This document shows, piece after piece, positions 1 to 13,125 of a stretch of 64,000 nucleotides of DNA; position 1 is the first letter of the stretch, and each line of letters opens with the position of its first letter. Source of the stretch: Octopus sinensis (lineage: Eukaryota). Location: NCBI RefSeq assembly GCF_006345805.1, contig NC_043012.1:20026001-20090000 (forward strand), given 5' to 3'. Both the position numbers and the translations under genes were made by a program. The notes under the pieces are model-generated. The model had not been told where the DNA came from and did not search any database. It saw only the letters and a list, made by a program, of their open reading frames with translations.

Positions 1-445
1 GACATTTTAAGGACTTCCGCGTCTGTCTTTACGTTCTGAATTTAAATTCCACCGAGGTCGACTTTGCCATTCATTCTTTCGGGGTCGATAGAATAAGTAC
101 CAGTTGCGTAGTAGGGTCGATCTAATCGACTGCCCCCACTTACCCCAAATATTGTACCTAGAGTAGAAGAGAATATTATTTCTACGGAGGGCAGCGAGCT
201 AGCAGAAACGTTTGCACTCCGGGCGAAATGCTTTGCGGTATTTCGTCTGCCGCTACGTTCTGAGTTCAAATTCCGCCAAGTTCAACTTTGCCTTTCATCC
301 TTTCGGGGTCGATAAATTAAGTAACAGTTACGCACTGGGGGTTGATGTAATCGACTTAATCCGTTTGTCTGTCCTCTCTGTGTTTAGCCCCTTGTGGGTA
401 GTAAAGAAAAAGGTATTTCGTCTGTGGTTACGTTCTCAGTTCAAA
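1..445 (+). mobile_element. SINE family A, two adjacent copies (central block gcctttcatcctttcggggtcgataaa...agtaccag, resembling the Meta domain)
   Basis: The same ~250-bp consensus recurs many times in the window; B-box-like gagttcaaattcc. Confidence 0.85.
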
Positions 446-1570
446 TGCCGCCCGGCGTTCTAAAGAATCTGTCAGCTTTAAAAAATGTGCCTAATATTAG
501 TTTCAAATTTTTGGGAGGGATTAATCTCATTACATCGAACCTAGTCCTCAACTGATACTTATCCTAAGGAATGAAATCAAAGGTGACTTCTGAAGCATTT
601 GAATGCAGAATGTTAAGACGGACGAGATGACGCAATTTTTTTTTACCTGGTGTGTGCTAACGATTCTGCCACTCGCCGCCTTGTATTTCATATTAATATT
701 ATGCATTTCATGCCTTTCGCTGTCGATAAAATAAGTACCAGTTGAGCAGTGGGATCACTATAATCGACTTACACTTTCCCTGAAGCTGCTGCTTCGTGCA
801 AAATCTAGAAAACAATATTCATATGAAATATAAAGAATTTTCAGCGCTTTAACTTGCTATACTCGCAGTGTTGTGCTGGCAGTTTCACTGTAGTGTACAA
901 GTGTTTCCATTCGTCATTCATATTTCAGAAAATGCGATAAACATTTCTCTAAATGATCTGGGATTTTTCAATTGTCTATTCACTTTAACTGATACGTATT
1001 TGATAGAAGATACATTCACACTTCAAAGACTACGGAACAATTTAGTGATTTTCTCCGAGATTTTTCTTTCATGCACATTGCGAAATGAAATCTCGATGGT
1101 GGTTGATTTATCTCCCGAATGCGATATAAACAGGAATGCATATATGCACCAAAGTATCTTATGAGATATTCTCTCATGATTAACCACCACAGTATTCTCT
1201 ATTCCAACGCAGCACTCGGTTTTAGTTGGTTATATATATTACCATCTTACAATTAACACTGCTTTTGTCTCTATTAATCATCAGATAGATAAATACAGAT
1301 ATATACACGTACTTCTATCTATATCTGTATCTTTTAATCTCTCTTTATATATGTTAAGTATACTTTCTTGTATATAAAGACAGACATCGTGTCTATTTGC
1401 TATTCGATTATCGGTAGCATCAAAAGTCAAAGTACTCCAACCAGCGACGTATAAATCTCGTTTACAACACAAGGTTTAAAACTGATCTACTGCAATATTC
1501 ATACTGAGATGATACTACAGTCAGGCAAATAGACGCAATTTTTGCCCGTCTCCGTTGCTAATATGCACAC

Positions 1571-1632
<62 letters not shown>

Positions 1633-1804
1633 ACACCTGTTTAATATATTAAGAAAGAGTAAAGAGTTATAAACAAACGGAACAAACATACAAAATCGAC
1701 AAATCCCCATCAGTCATCGTCCACAGAATCGCAACAGCGTCACACCTCTTTATGTATACATATATATATGCGTGCGTGTGTGTGTGTATGTGTGTGTGTG
1801 TGTG

Positions 1805-1949
1805 CGGTAAGTAGCTTGTTTATCAACCACATTGTTCCGGGGTCAGTCCTAGTGCATAGCACCTTGGGCAAGTGTCTTCTACTATAGCTACGAGCCGACC
1901 AAAACATAGTGAGTGAATTTGGTAGACGGAAACTAAAAGACGCCCGTCG

Positions 1950-1980
<31 letters not shown>

Positions 1981-2157
1981 GTGTGTGTGTGTGTGTGTGT
2001 TTGTCTGTCTGTTTGTGTTCCCCCAACATCGCTTGATAACCGATGCTGGTATGTTTATATCCCCGTAACTTAAAGTCCTGGTGACGATTTGCTAGACTAA
2101 GGGCGGTGCTCCAGCATTGATGCAGTCAAATGGCTGAAACAAATAAAGAATAAAAGA

Positions 2158-2158
<1 letters not shown>
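1805..2158 (+). mobile_element. SINE family B (CORE-like ccttgggcaagtgtctt, internal (TA)n(GT)n, LINE-like tail)
   Basis: Other copies at 10275-10612(+), 12500-12725(+), 26590-27045(-), 28615-28775(-), 40005-40150(+), 51930-52300(+), 52545-52685(-). Confidence 0.85.
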
Positions 2159-2199
<41 letters not shown>

Positions 2200-2203
<4 letters not shown>

Positions 2204-2650
2204 CTTGCAGAATCGTTAGCACGCCGGGCGAAATGCTTAGCGTTATTTCGTCTGCCGTTACCCTCTGAGTTCAAACTCCGCCGAGGTTCACTTTGACTTT
2301 CATCCTTTCGGGGTCGATTAAATAAGTACCAGTTACGCATTGGGGTCGATATAATCGACTTAATCCGTTTGTCTGTCCTTGTTTTTCCTCTCTGTGTTTA
2401 GCACCTTGTGGGTAGTAAAGAAATAGGTACTTCGTTTGACATTACGTTCAAATTCCGCCGAGGTCGATTTAGCATTTCATCCTTTTGGACTCGATTAAAT
2501 AAGTACCAGTTACGCACTGGGGTCGATATAATCGCCATAATCCGTTTGTCTGTCCTTGTTTGTCCTCTCAGCGTTTAGCCCCTTGTGAGAAGTAAAGAAA
2601 TAGGTATTTCATTTGCCTTTACGTGCTGAGTTCGAATATCGTCTGGTTAA
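2200..2650 (+). mobile_element. SINE family A with tandemly repeated ~175-bp bodies
   Basis: One head followed by about 2.3 repeated bodies joined at aaagaaataggta. Confidence 0.85.
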
Positions 2651-3127
2651 CCATTTCCCTCATCATGGAACCAATGTAAACGACTGAAATACTCCTGGAC
2701 ATGAGTATAAAAGCTGCACCCTCTGCGAAGCCATGCCGCGTGAGTGTGGCGGAGTAGTGATACAATGGCTGGTATAAAACTATGTTACTGAAAATGTAAT
2801 GCTTCTTTGCTATATTAATATCTCCGTATTGAGACGTTATGCTTTAGCGGCTACGATATACTCCAAATACATGCTTCCACTCCAGGAACATTCCACAATA
2901 GGAAATATAGGGATATGTGAATTGATCCGGTCGAATCTTTAAATCGTTAGATTATTGCCGTACGATATTTGTTCCAGCGGCTCTTTTCATTCTGATTTCA
3001 AGTTCCACCAAGGTCAGCTTTACCTGTCATCTTTTTCTAGACCATTTAAATGCATATCAGTGAAATTGTCAATACTGCTCTTCAACTTAAATCAGAAGCC
3101 TTTGTTGTTGATATATAACCATTTAAG

Positions 3128-3360
3128 GCGGCGAGCTGGCAGATACGTTAGCACGCCGGGCGAAGTGCTTAGCGGTATTTCGTCTGTCTTTACGTTCTGC
3201 GTTCAAATTCCGCCGAGGTCAACTTCGCCTTTCATCCTTTCGGGGTCGATAAATTAAGTACCAGTTACGCACTGGGGTCGATGTAATCGACTTAATCCGT
3301 TTGTCTGTCCTTGTTTGTTCTCACTGTGTTTAGCCCCTTGTGGGTAGTAAAGAAATAGAT
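3128..3360 (+). mobile_element. SINE family A
   Basis: Near-consensus copy. Confidence 0.85.
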
Positions 3361-4516
3361 ATATAACCATTACCTTTTTCATCGGAGAGGGTAAAATAAT
3401 TCGGAGATGTTATTTTCTATTTTAAATAATTCAACTCTTAAAGGAAAATGTTCAATAACGATTTGACCACATCGATCGTGATATTTGCAAACACTTATCA
3501 TCTTTACAGTATTTAATGCGATTTGGGTTTTACCTGCATCCCAATGATACTAATTTTTTCATTATTCTGTGATGCGTAGAGCTCTCGTCCAATTCATTTC
3601 ACGAATTACATGAATGAACACTTTTTCTGTCTGTTTTCCTCCCATATTTCCTTCTGATTAAAGCTTAAAATTATTTACCAAGTCTGTACTATTTGTCCGT
3701 ACTATTTGTTTGACAACTACTACTTTGTTCATATTAAAAATAAGAGCTCTTCTATATTCGTGAATCCCTGCCTACAGTATCATGTTTCTCTCGTTGACGT
3801 TTTATTATGTTAGACAAGGTTGGGGGAATATATTCACTTTTAAATTTGTAGTATTTCATGTTAGAATATGTCGTTCTTAATTGTAAAGTAGTTTACAAAG
3901 CACGATTTCACAGGATTGACACTGACATAATTATGTACGCTGAAGAATATGTAGTGTGACAAGTGACAAAATTAGAAAAGCTCTAAATATACATTCAGTT
4001 GAAAAGATCATTTACTGTTTGATATGTTAACAAAATATGACTGAAGCAACACGTGAAAATTATAATTTAAAGAAATGTAAGAATTAAGCCTCGAAACAGA
4101 ATCGCTGATTTACGGAAAATCTGCAAGGGTGATGTTTGTTTCCCCCTTCTGATCTATATATCAAATCAAATGTTTATGTTTGCAGACAGGACAGAAATTT
4201 ATTTAAAAAGTTATATAAATCATTTTAATTTCAGAATATCAAACATCAAATATACGTGTTAATTACTACGATTTTTCGGAAACAGAAATAAAGAGAAAAT
4301 AGAAAAAGGGAAGTGTATAAAGTGTTATAAAATGTGGTGATTCTCAACGATTTTAACGTAACTTTCTGGTTGAACTGTGTGGTCAAACTCATCAATAATA
4401 GAAGGAAATTTTAAATCACTTTGAGATCGGAAATATGTATTCAACCTGGAAATTCTAAGACAATTTTTCATATTTTAGACATTCAAAATTGCATTAAATT
4501 AATAAAATATACGTAC

Positions 4517-4585
4517 TAGTTAAGTAACAGAGTAAAGATAGCAATTGCTATGAATACAAGCGTCAGAGGTTTTTTGCTGTCGCAC
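4517..4585 (-). CDS. Terminal coding exon: phase 2 gives CDSKKPLTLVFIAIAIFTLLLN* (GPI/TM-like tail); phase 1 gives GATAKNL*
   Basis: ctgtattttcag| acceptor. The phase-2 frame has a 15-residue hydrophobic run ending at a stop; a possible donor gtacgt splits that stop codon. Confidence 0.65.
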
Positions 4586-5085
4586 CTGAAAATACAGCGG
4601 AACAGTAAAGTTTACAGTAAATAATTATAGAAATGCAATATATTTCAAACTGAAAATGAGTATTGTTATTTATCTATAACATAATAAGTAATGCAAAATT
4701 GTTGAAGAGTAGGTAATTAAAAATGGAATTATCTTCATTGAAATAATAATATTTATACAATTTAATAACAACTCCCGATTTTAATGCTGTGACCAAGTAC
4801 AATTTGTGTTTATATCCTGTGTAATACAACGTATAGTAAGGCGGCATTTAACAATGTGTATTTCAATTTGTTGTACGTATATTATAAGGAAAGATTTCAT
4901 TTCTTAACTCTCTAGGAAGAGAATGTTGGATAACATCATCTACACAGATTATAACATAATTCATTTGAACAAATTTATTGATTGTTACATTTATCATTGC
5001 TTGCACAGGTCGAGGAATATGTTAAACACGTTTGTATTTAAAGTGTTAAAGAGGTATTTTGTGAGAGTTTCAGCCAAAATTTAAA

Positions 5086-5181
5086 ATCGCGAAAACCTTG
5101 CACTTTTGGAATATGAGATCGCGAAAACCTCACCCTTTTGAAATATGAGATCGCGAAAACCTTACACTTTTAGAATATGAG
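5086..5181. repeat. 32-bp minisatellite, three copies
   Basis: Consensus about atcgcgaaaacctt.cacttttggaatatgag, three times. Confidence 0.9.
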
Positions 5182-5390
5182 ATAGAGCGATGAGAAAGAA
5201 TAGATAAGTAACTAAGAATGAAAAAACGCCAGTTCTGACGAAATCTAAAGAATTTTACCAAGAATGTATATGCTGTTGCCTTTAATATTTTTTTATATAT
5301 AAGGATTTTAATTTAGGAATAAAAAATATATTTCCGTTGTGACTGCAGTCGAAGAAATTACGAATTTTTTTAGCAATAACATGATTTTAC

Positions 5391-5397
5391 CGGAGAA
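5391..5397 (-). CDS. Speculative 7-nt microexon (phase 1-2)
   Basis: attgttatttag|TTCTCCG|gtaaaa. Inclusion would put the last exon into its hydrophobic-tail frame. A similar 7-nt site pair occurs by chance at 11125-11131. Confidence 0.25.
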
Positions 5398-5627
5398 CTA
5401 AATAACAATTAAATGTACGTTTATAAAATAAAATTGAACAACATAACATAGTTCGCCTCCATTTTATGAACTGGGTTATTTTGTATCCTCATGAAAAAAA
5501 TGCAATAATGAAAATGTAATCAGACTTGCTGTGCCTCACAAATATATGATGTTTCGCGATATCTTTCATAAAAAATGATCAACTTATATACACTTGGAAA
5601 AAATCGGTTCACACAAACGCCACTAAC

Positions 5628-5701
5628 CATCGGTAGACTTATCATGCGGGTTTTTTACAGGATCTTCCTCGTCTAAACTCTGAGATTTCATGTCACAGAA
5701 C
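5628..5701 (-). CDS. Exon (74 nt, phase 2-1): FCDMKSQSLDEEDPVKNPHDKSTD
   Basis: tttttctatttcag|GTTCTG...CGATG|gttagt; only phase-2 entry is open. Confidence 0.75.
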
Positions 5702-5723
5702 CTGAAATAGAAAAATTATGAGC

Positions 5724-5755
<32 letters not shown>

Positions 5756-5763
5756 ATGTGTGC

Positions 5764-5810
<47 letters not shown>

Positions 5811-6329
5811 GTGTGTGTGTGTGTTTCTGTGTTGATTCCAAATAAGAACATAAAGAGATTTAGACTCATCTTTCATAATTGTTTGCATTTGTTTCTGTAC
5901 CAACACCAGTTCACGCAAAAGTTCTACGTTAGAATGTACATATTTGCGCTTTTAAACATTCGAGTGGCACTTCTTCAAACCTGCATCAAACTTTCGCTCT
6001 TATATCGTGCGTCTGCTACACATTTTTTGTTTTACTTGATAAGCAAATATTTTCGGATTATTTATTCAACATTAGATAACTTTTGTTCACTAATATGTAT
6101 TACAAATTTGTATATGTCGGATAAACTTGGAAGAAATTTCTTCTGAGAAATTCATCAAACGGAAAATCGCGCAAAACAAAATTTACCGTTGGACAGAACG
6201 TATACTTATAGTCACTACACATGAGTCGTATAGATCGTAGGTAGAACGAAGAGGGAGCAAATCTGATAGTAAAGAAAAGGAAGAGTGGGGGGGAGTTAAG
6301 GTTCAAGTAATACACATATATACATTATA

Positions 6330-6745
6330 GTAGAAGTCACAGCCACTCATAATAAAAAGGAGTACTCTTGGAATATCTCAATGTAAAACCCGAGTAAAAT
6401 ATAACATAAACACAATAGAACTGACATAATGATTTGGGATAGAGAAGAAAAACCCTATAGTTGTGGAAATCAGCGTTAACATAACGGCAGTTAACATAAA
6501 GCTGAAGATTAGTGAAAAACAGAATACCTACGCTGATGTATTGAGAAATCAGCAGTTACTCTATCCAAGTTACAATTTAAGGTTTTTGCTTGTATTACTT
6601 GGGGCACTAAGATATGTGACACAATGCCTAAATACCATTCTTGAGAAATTAGGCATCTAAAAACCAGAGAGAAGAAAGTTGATTTGAAGAGTACAGATCC
6701 AAGATTTCACTGGAACTAAGAGTCTGTAAAACCTTCCAGCAGTTT
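6330..6745 (+). mobile_element. Decayed non-LTR retrotransposon 3' end with restriction-like endonuclease (R4/Dong-like)
   Basis: Frameshifted translation KHNRTDIMIWDREEK / VEISV / KISEKQNTYADV / VLLGAL matches the REL pattern HNRPD..D..K..KY..L..GALG. Confidence 0.65.
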
Positions 6746-6949
6746 ATCATTTAAGTGTATATGAGTACGTCTAGATATGAGAGTACTGAGGAGACATAAT
6801 ACAGAACACACAAATCTACATGTATACATACATATATAACATCTCAGTTGATGTTATTGAAATTCCAATGGAGAAGCCTTGGATTTATGTTAGAAATCGG
6901 TCCTTTCTCTATTGACAAGGAAAATTGGAATAAGACTGAATATCGTACA

Positions 6950-7935
6950 TATGCATGCATCCATGTATGTATGTATGTATGTATGTATCTATGTATGTAT
7001 GCATGCATGTATGTATGAATGTATGCATGCATGTATGTATGTATGCATGTATGTATGTATGCATGCATGCATGCATGTATGTATGTATGTATGCATGCAT
7101 GCATGTATGTATGTATGCATGTATGTATGCATGCATGCATGTATGTATATATGTATATATGCATGTATGTATATATGTATGTATGCATGCATGTATGTAT
7201 GTATGTATGTATGTATGCATGTATGTATGTATGTATGTATGTATGTATCTATGTATGTATGCATGCATGTATGTATGTATGTATGTATGTATGCATGTAT
7301 GTATGTATGTATCTATGTATGTATGAATGTATGCATGCATGTATGTATGCATGTATGTATGTATGCATGCATGCATGCATGTATGTATGTATGCATGCAT
7401 GCATGTATGTATGTATGCATGTATGTATGCATGCATGTATGTATATATGTATGTATGCATGTATGTATATATGTATGTATGCATGCATGCATGTGTGTAT
7501 GTATGTATGTATGTATGCATGCATGTATGTATGTATGTATGTATGTATGTATGTATGTATGCATGCATGTATGTATGTATGTATGTATGTATGTATCTAT
7601 GTATGTATGTATGCATGTATGTATGTATGTATGCATGTATGTATGTATGCATGCATGCATGTATGTATGTATGCATGCATGCATGTATGTATGTATCCAT
7701 GTATGTATGCATGCATGCATGTATGTATATATGTATGTATGCATGTATGTATATATGTATGTATGCATGCATGTATGTATGTATGTATGTATGTATGCAT
7801 GTATGTACGTATGTATGTATGTATGTATGCATGCATGTATGTATGTATGCATGTATGAATGTATGTATGTATGCATGCATGTATGTATGTATGTATGTAT
7901 GCATGTATGTATGCATGTATGTATGCGTGCTTGTA
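6950..7935. repeat. ~1-kb (ATGT/ATGC)n tetranucleotide array
   Basis: Direct reading. Confidence 0.95.
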
Positions 7936-9070
7936 GATGTGTGTTGGTATGTACGTAAATATATGTGCGTAAATGTACATGCACTTATTACTTCAATACT
8001 TAACTTTCTCTCTCTCTCTCTCTCTCATTCTCTCTCTCGCTCTCATTCTCCCTCTCCCTCTCCTTTCTGTACTAATAGATTTGCTCTTTGTTCGCTCTTC
8101 CTGCTATTGATACGACTCCGGATTACTAAGCAGCAATATATAAGAGCTTCTAAGGCAATGAGCTGGCAGAATCGTTAGCACACCGGGAAAAATGATTAAC
8201 GGCATTTCGTACTTTACTTTCTGAGTTCGACTTCATTCTTGGTCGAATTTTCCTTTCATTCCCTCTGAGTGAAAATGAGTACCATTCGAGATGTTTGGAC
8301 GACACTCCCTCCCCAGAAACTGCACGCTGTGCTCCAAAATTTCAAAGCCATATATAAATACTTCAAGCAACAACAAATATTTTCGTTTTCTCACCTATTC
8401 TCTCTAATTTTCTCTAATTCTCTTTTTCTCCCTCTCTCCGTCTTTCTGGTTCTCGTTCCTTACACTTGTCCAGAGACCATCCTGCCTTTTCACAGGGACT
8501 TTATAAGGACTGGACGTCTCTGTTCTATCTTTTCCCTTTTCAGAGAAAATATTTCTCTCAGCGTTCAATTTTTTCTCCTCGTTCAGATCTAACGAATCTC
8601 CATGTTTGTTATCCTCCGCTTTCCATGTATGTTTCCACTGTGCAGATTTGTTCTTAACTTTGACCCTCCATAAATCAAGAATTTTATTTTGGTATTTATG
8701 GGAGCAACTGTCTTCGAAGTCTCATATTGTCGTTGATTGCTCAAAATAGGGAGTAGATAAACAGCCGACAATTGATGAAGGGTAATTCTTCTACAACCGT
8801 AAGGTTTTGAGTTCGAATCCCGGAATCACGTTGCTCCAGTTAACTCAGCTGTAGAAATGAGTTGCGACGTCACTGGTGCCAAGCTTTATCGGACTTTGCC
8901 TCTCCTTTGGATGACATTGGTGGCGTGGAGAGAGGATGTTGGTACGCATGGACGACTGCTGGTTTATCATACACAACCTTGCCCGGACTTGTGCCTCGAG
9001 GGTAACGTTCTATGAGCAATCCCATGTTCGTTCGTGACCGAAGGGAGTCTCCGCATGTATGTATATATAC

Positions 9071-9138
<68 letters not shown>

Positions 9139-9480
9139 ATATATATATGTATATATATATAATTATGTATGTGTGTATATATGCATGTATGTATATAGAG
9201 GTACAGGACGTCACCAACAGTAATCAACAGGAAATACGTAAACATGCGTGACATACGCAAATAACGAGAGAGAAAATGGACATGGATATGTGTGTGTGTG
9301 TGTGTGCCTGTGTGCACATACATCATTTTTTCCATAGAGTTTGATGAACATGGATGCATTTCTTTAGCAAATACTATAAATATATAAATCCATCTAGATA
9401 TTTGTGCTTTAGATTATGTTTATACGGAACAATTTATTTTTGCGTTATGATTAAAATATCAAATAAATACTTAAACTCAC

Positions 9481-9573
9481 TTCCTCGCGACATCGGTCAA
9501 TTTCTTTTGTTTGCTTATACATTGCAGCACATGTTCACGGAATTCTTCAATCACAGACTTAAATGACTTCAAA
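9481..9573 (-). CDS. Exon (93 nt): LKSFKSVIEEFREHVLQCISKQKKLTDVAR(K)
   Basis: catttcttcttgtttcaag|TTTGAA...AGGAA|gtgagt; open in phase 2; amphipathic helix pattern. Confidence 0.8.
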
Positions 9574-9929
9574 CTTGAAACAAGAAGAAATGAACATAAC
9601 ATATTTCATTTAATCACGTGAGAAAAAATTCCAGGATTTAGGAATGAAAACTTTGGATAAACAATAAGCATCAAAATAAAACAACATTCATTGTAATGTA
9701 ACGTTTTAAAAATATTTAGTGCGGTTTCATTCTTTTCCATATATTCTATGTTTTATTTTATTTTTTTAAGCACAGGTTTTAAAGTATAGTTCCTGTGTCT
9801 ATTGAACACAATATCATATTATTTATATCATATTATTTCATCACTCTTGTCTCTTTCTCCTAAATTTGATGATTGATTTTCACTAGTGCTCTCAGAACGT
9901 TTTATAATTTGCAGGCTAATGTGAGTCTA

Positions 9930-10185
9930 CGAGCTGGCAGAAACGTTAGCACGCCGGGCGAAATGCTTAACCTTATTTCGTCTGCCGTTACGCTCTGAGT
10001 TCAAATTCTGCCGAGGTCGACTTTGCCTTTTGGCGTCGATAATTTAATTACCAGTTAAGCACTGGGGTCGATATAATCAACTTAATCCGGTTGTCTGTCC
10101 TTGTTTTTTGTCTCTGTGTTTAGCCCCTTGTGGGTAGTAAAGAAATAGGTAATTGTTGTGTCTTTACGTTTTGAGTTCAAATTCC
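9930..10185 (+). mobile_element. SINE family A
   Basis: Homologous to 3128-3360. Confidence 0.85.
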
Positions 10186-11198
10186 TCCGAGGCCGATTTA
10201 ACTTTTATACTTTGCAGTGTCCAATGTGATTTTTGCTTGTTCACAGAAATGTAATTATTACAAAATTCTAGGAGTGGTTCCAGATTCAGTCTCACTGCGC
10301 GGCACCTTGGGCAAGTGTCTTCTACTATATACTCGGGCCGACCAAAGCCTTGTGAGTGGACTTGGTAGACGGAAACTGAAAGACGCCTGTTGTATATATG
10401 TATATATATATATATGAGTGTCTGTGTGTGTGTATATTTGTGTGCCTGTGTTTGTCCCCCAGCATCGCTCGACAACCGATGCGGTTCAACAAAAGAGACT
10501 GATAGAATAAGTACTAGACTTAAAAAGAATAAGTCCTCGTTCGATTTGCTAGACTAAAGGCGTTGCTCTAGCACGGCCACAGTCAAATGACTGAAACAAG
10601 TAAAAGAGTAAATGAGTATACGATAAATCAAATCTGTTGAAATTCGCACATGAGTACAGAACATTAAATGATATAGAAGGGATTAGCGAAAATACATTGT
10701 CAACAAGGAAGCAACAGTTTATGAGATTGTCAGTTGGGTAACGACAGCTTTGCTTTGAAGCATCAGAATTTAGTAGACACTGGGAAGAAAATAGAAGAAA
10801 ATATATAGTTACGAATACCTGCAATTTATATGTGAATGGAACGAGAATATAGGCAAATGTGTTACATGTTAAAATACCGGACAAGCAAATTTAAATGTGA
10901 TAGTGGACATGGTATGAATTTGGAGAGCAATCTGTTCCTACAGTTTCATGCTCAGTTTATGGATATGATTAATTCGATGAAACTTTTACATCAGTAGAAT
11001 TCATTAAACGTTTTTTTTCTGTATATAGGAAGAAAAGAAAATGCGGAGCACTTTAAAGTATAAAAGTTTCATACAAGTTCCAAATGCTGAATCATCATTA
11101 CTATTTGTAGCTTATATATAATACCGTTGAACTGTAAAAGATACTACGGGGTGTGACTGATATTTATTAGTTATATTAAGATATAGATGTATACTTAC

Positions 11199-11252
11199 AA
11201 ACGTTGGTCTCCTAGGAGTACAACAGTAACCTTCTCGTTTGTGATCTTCATA
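11199..11252 (-). CDS. Exon (54 nt): MKITNEKVTVVLLGDQR(F)
   Basis: ctttccattttag|TATGAA...CGTTT|gtaagt. Confidence 0.8.
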
Positions 11253-11923
11253 CTAAAATGGAAAGTTTGGAAATAATACTGCTATTCATTTTATTGGCAC
11301 CAAAAACAATTAATATGAATGTATAATTTTGAATTACTGCGCTTTATAAGGCAGTTTATACGTGATGTCATATTGAAGTTAAAATTATGATACTTTAACT
11401 GAAAATGTCTATATATAATAGCATATGTAAGTGTGTATATGTGTGAGAAGGAGACAGAGAGAGGGGGAGGGACAGACAGATAGGTATACAGACACACATA
11501 CACACACACAGAGAGTCAGGAACAGAAAATATGTAGTACAGAATAATTTAGCTAAAAACAGCTCTTCCAAAACAATTAAGAATGTTTGTTTTTTTATCTT
11601 ACTGCATTTAAATATAAACTAATGTGGAAATGACACAAGTAATACATGATCATGTAAATGACATATTATGCGATGTTATATCATGTACTTTTTTATCGTT
11701 TTGATAGTTTTATATATTTAATAAAAAAAATAAATAAAAATAAAAATTTATGAATATAAATATTAATTAATAATTTTAATTTTAAATTTAAATAATTAAA
11801 ATTTTTACATTTTATATTTTATATATTTTGTATATTATATTATAGTAATTTTTTTAATTTTTATATTTTGGTTTATGTTTTTAACTGTTTGATATGCCTA
11901 ATAGTGGTTTTATCTCCAATTTA

Positions 11924-11992
<69 letters not shown>

Positions 11993-12868
11993 GCCACACA
12001 AACGCGGACATACATACATATATATTACATACATAGATTTTAATATGCTAGACCACTGGTTTTAATCAAATTAATATTCAATTTTTTACCCTTATTATTT
12101 TAAATTTACATACATCATATATATATATTTGTACAAATATTTGTTTCTTGATAGTTTCGCATTCATTTAGCATTCATCTTAGCATTCAATTTAACATTCA
12201 ACTAAATGATACATTCCGTTGTGTCTGGGAAGAGTCATTCTCTTTTAATGCCTTTCCACTCATTTATTTTTTTTCTAAAATATTCGTTACGCCTTGCAAA
12301 CTTTTCAATAGTTTTTGATTCTGTCCGTCAGTCAACCCTTTATACATACATACATACATACATACATACATACATACATACATACATACATACATACATA
12401 CATGCATACATACATGCATGTGTCTGCTAACACACAGTGACCTCCCCCACACACACACATATATGTATGTATGTGTTTATGTATAAATTTGTGTGTGTGA
12501 CAATGTGTCTGTGTTTGTCCACCATTACTACATCCGACATCGCTTGTCAACTGATGTTGGCGTGATTGCATCACCGTTACCTAGCGGTTCGGCATAAGAC
12601 ATCGATCACATAAGTACAAGGATTTTGAAGAGTAAATCCTAGGTAGGATTCCTTTGACTATAAACCCTTCAAGGCGGCGTTCCAGCCTGACCGTAGACGA
12701 ATGACAGGCAAATAAAAGAATAAAAGAATATAGGCGTGCGTACATGTGTTTTCGAACAAGGATATATACATGTGCATGCGGACTAGTAATTGTGAACTAC
12801 CAGGCACAAGATAAAAGTTGAAGTATGGAGTTAGCAAATTAATAAGCAATATCAAAAGAAAAACTTAC

Positions 12869-12895
12869 TCCCTCCATCTTTTGACATCTTTCACC
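12869..12895 (-). CDS. Microexon (27 nt): VKDVKRWR(D)
   Basis: ttgttttcatttctag|GGTGAA...AGGGA|gtaagt. Confidence 0.8.
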
Positions 12896-13125
12896 CTAGA
12901 AATGAAAACAAATACATCTGTTATTTTCTCTGATAAAAACATTGCAAATCCTGTAAATTTTATAAATTTTTGTTAGAGAAAAACTGTATGGATTATGCGG
13001 AATATAAATAAGTACAAATAAAATCACATATTTGCGTGGAATGAGACATACATATTAATTATGAACATACATGATACCAGTTTTAAAGATCAGAAAAAGG
13101 TAGTTGTCAAGTATTGTAGCATTAA

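Noticed and set aside
2200-2650. CRISPR-like or satellite array
   Set aside because: Units are SINE bodies with no unique spacers; eukaryotic context with no cas genes.
6187-6204. Minus-strand 18-nt in-frame exon candidate (IRSVQ)
   Set aside because: Fits the frame but the acceptor has no pyrimidine tract; too weak to include.
6844-8178. Long ORFs up to 348 aa (MYVC/HTYI repeats)
   Set aside because: Translations of the ATGT/ATGC microsatellite, which lacks stop codons in several frames.
8467-8720. Minus-strand stop-free stretch of about 85 codons ending at a gtaagg donor
   Set aside because: No Met, ends in phase 0 and has no acceptor compatible with the phase-2 chain; origin unknown.
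11125-11131. 7-nt ttttacag|TTCAACG|gtatta site pair
   Set aside because: Would break the frame. It shows such tiny pairs arise by chance, which lowers confidence in 5391-5397.
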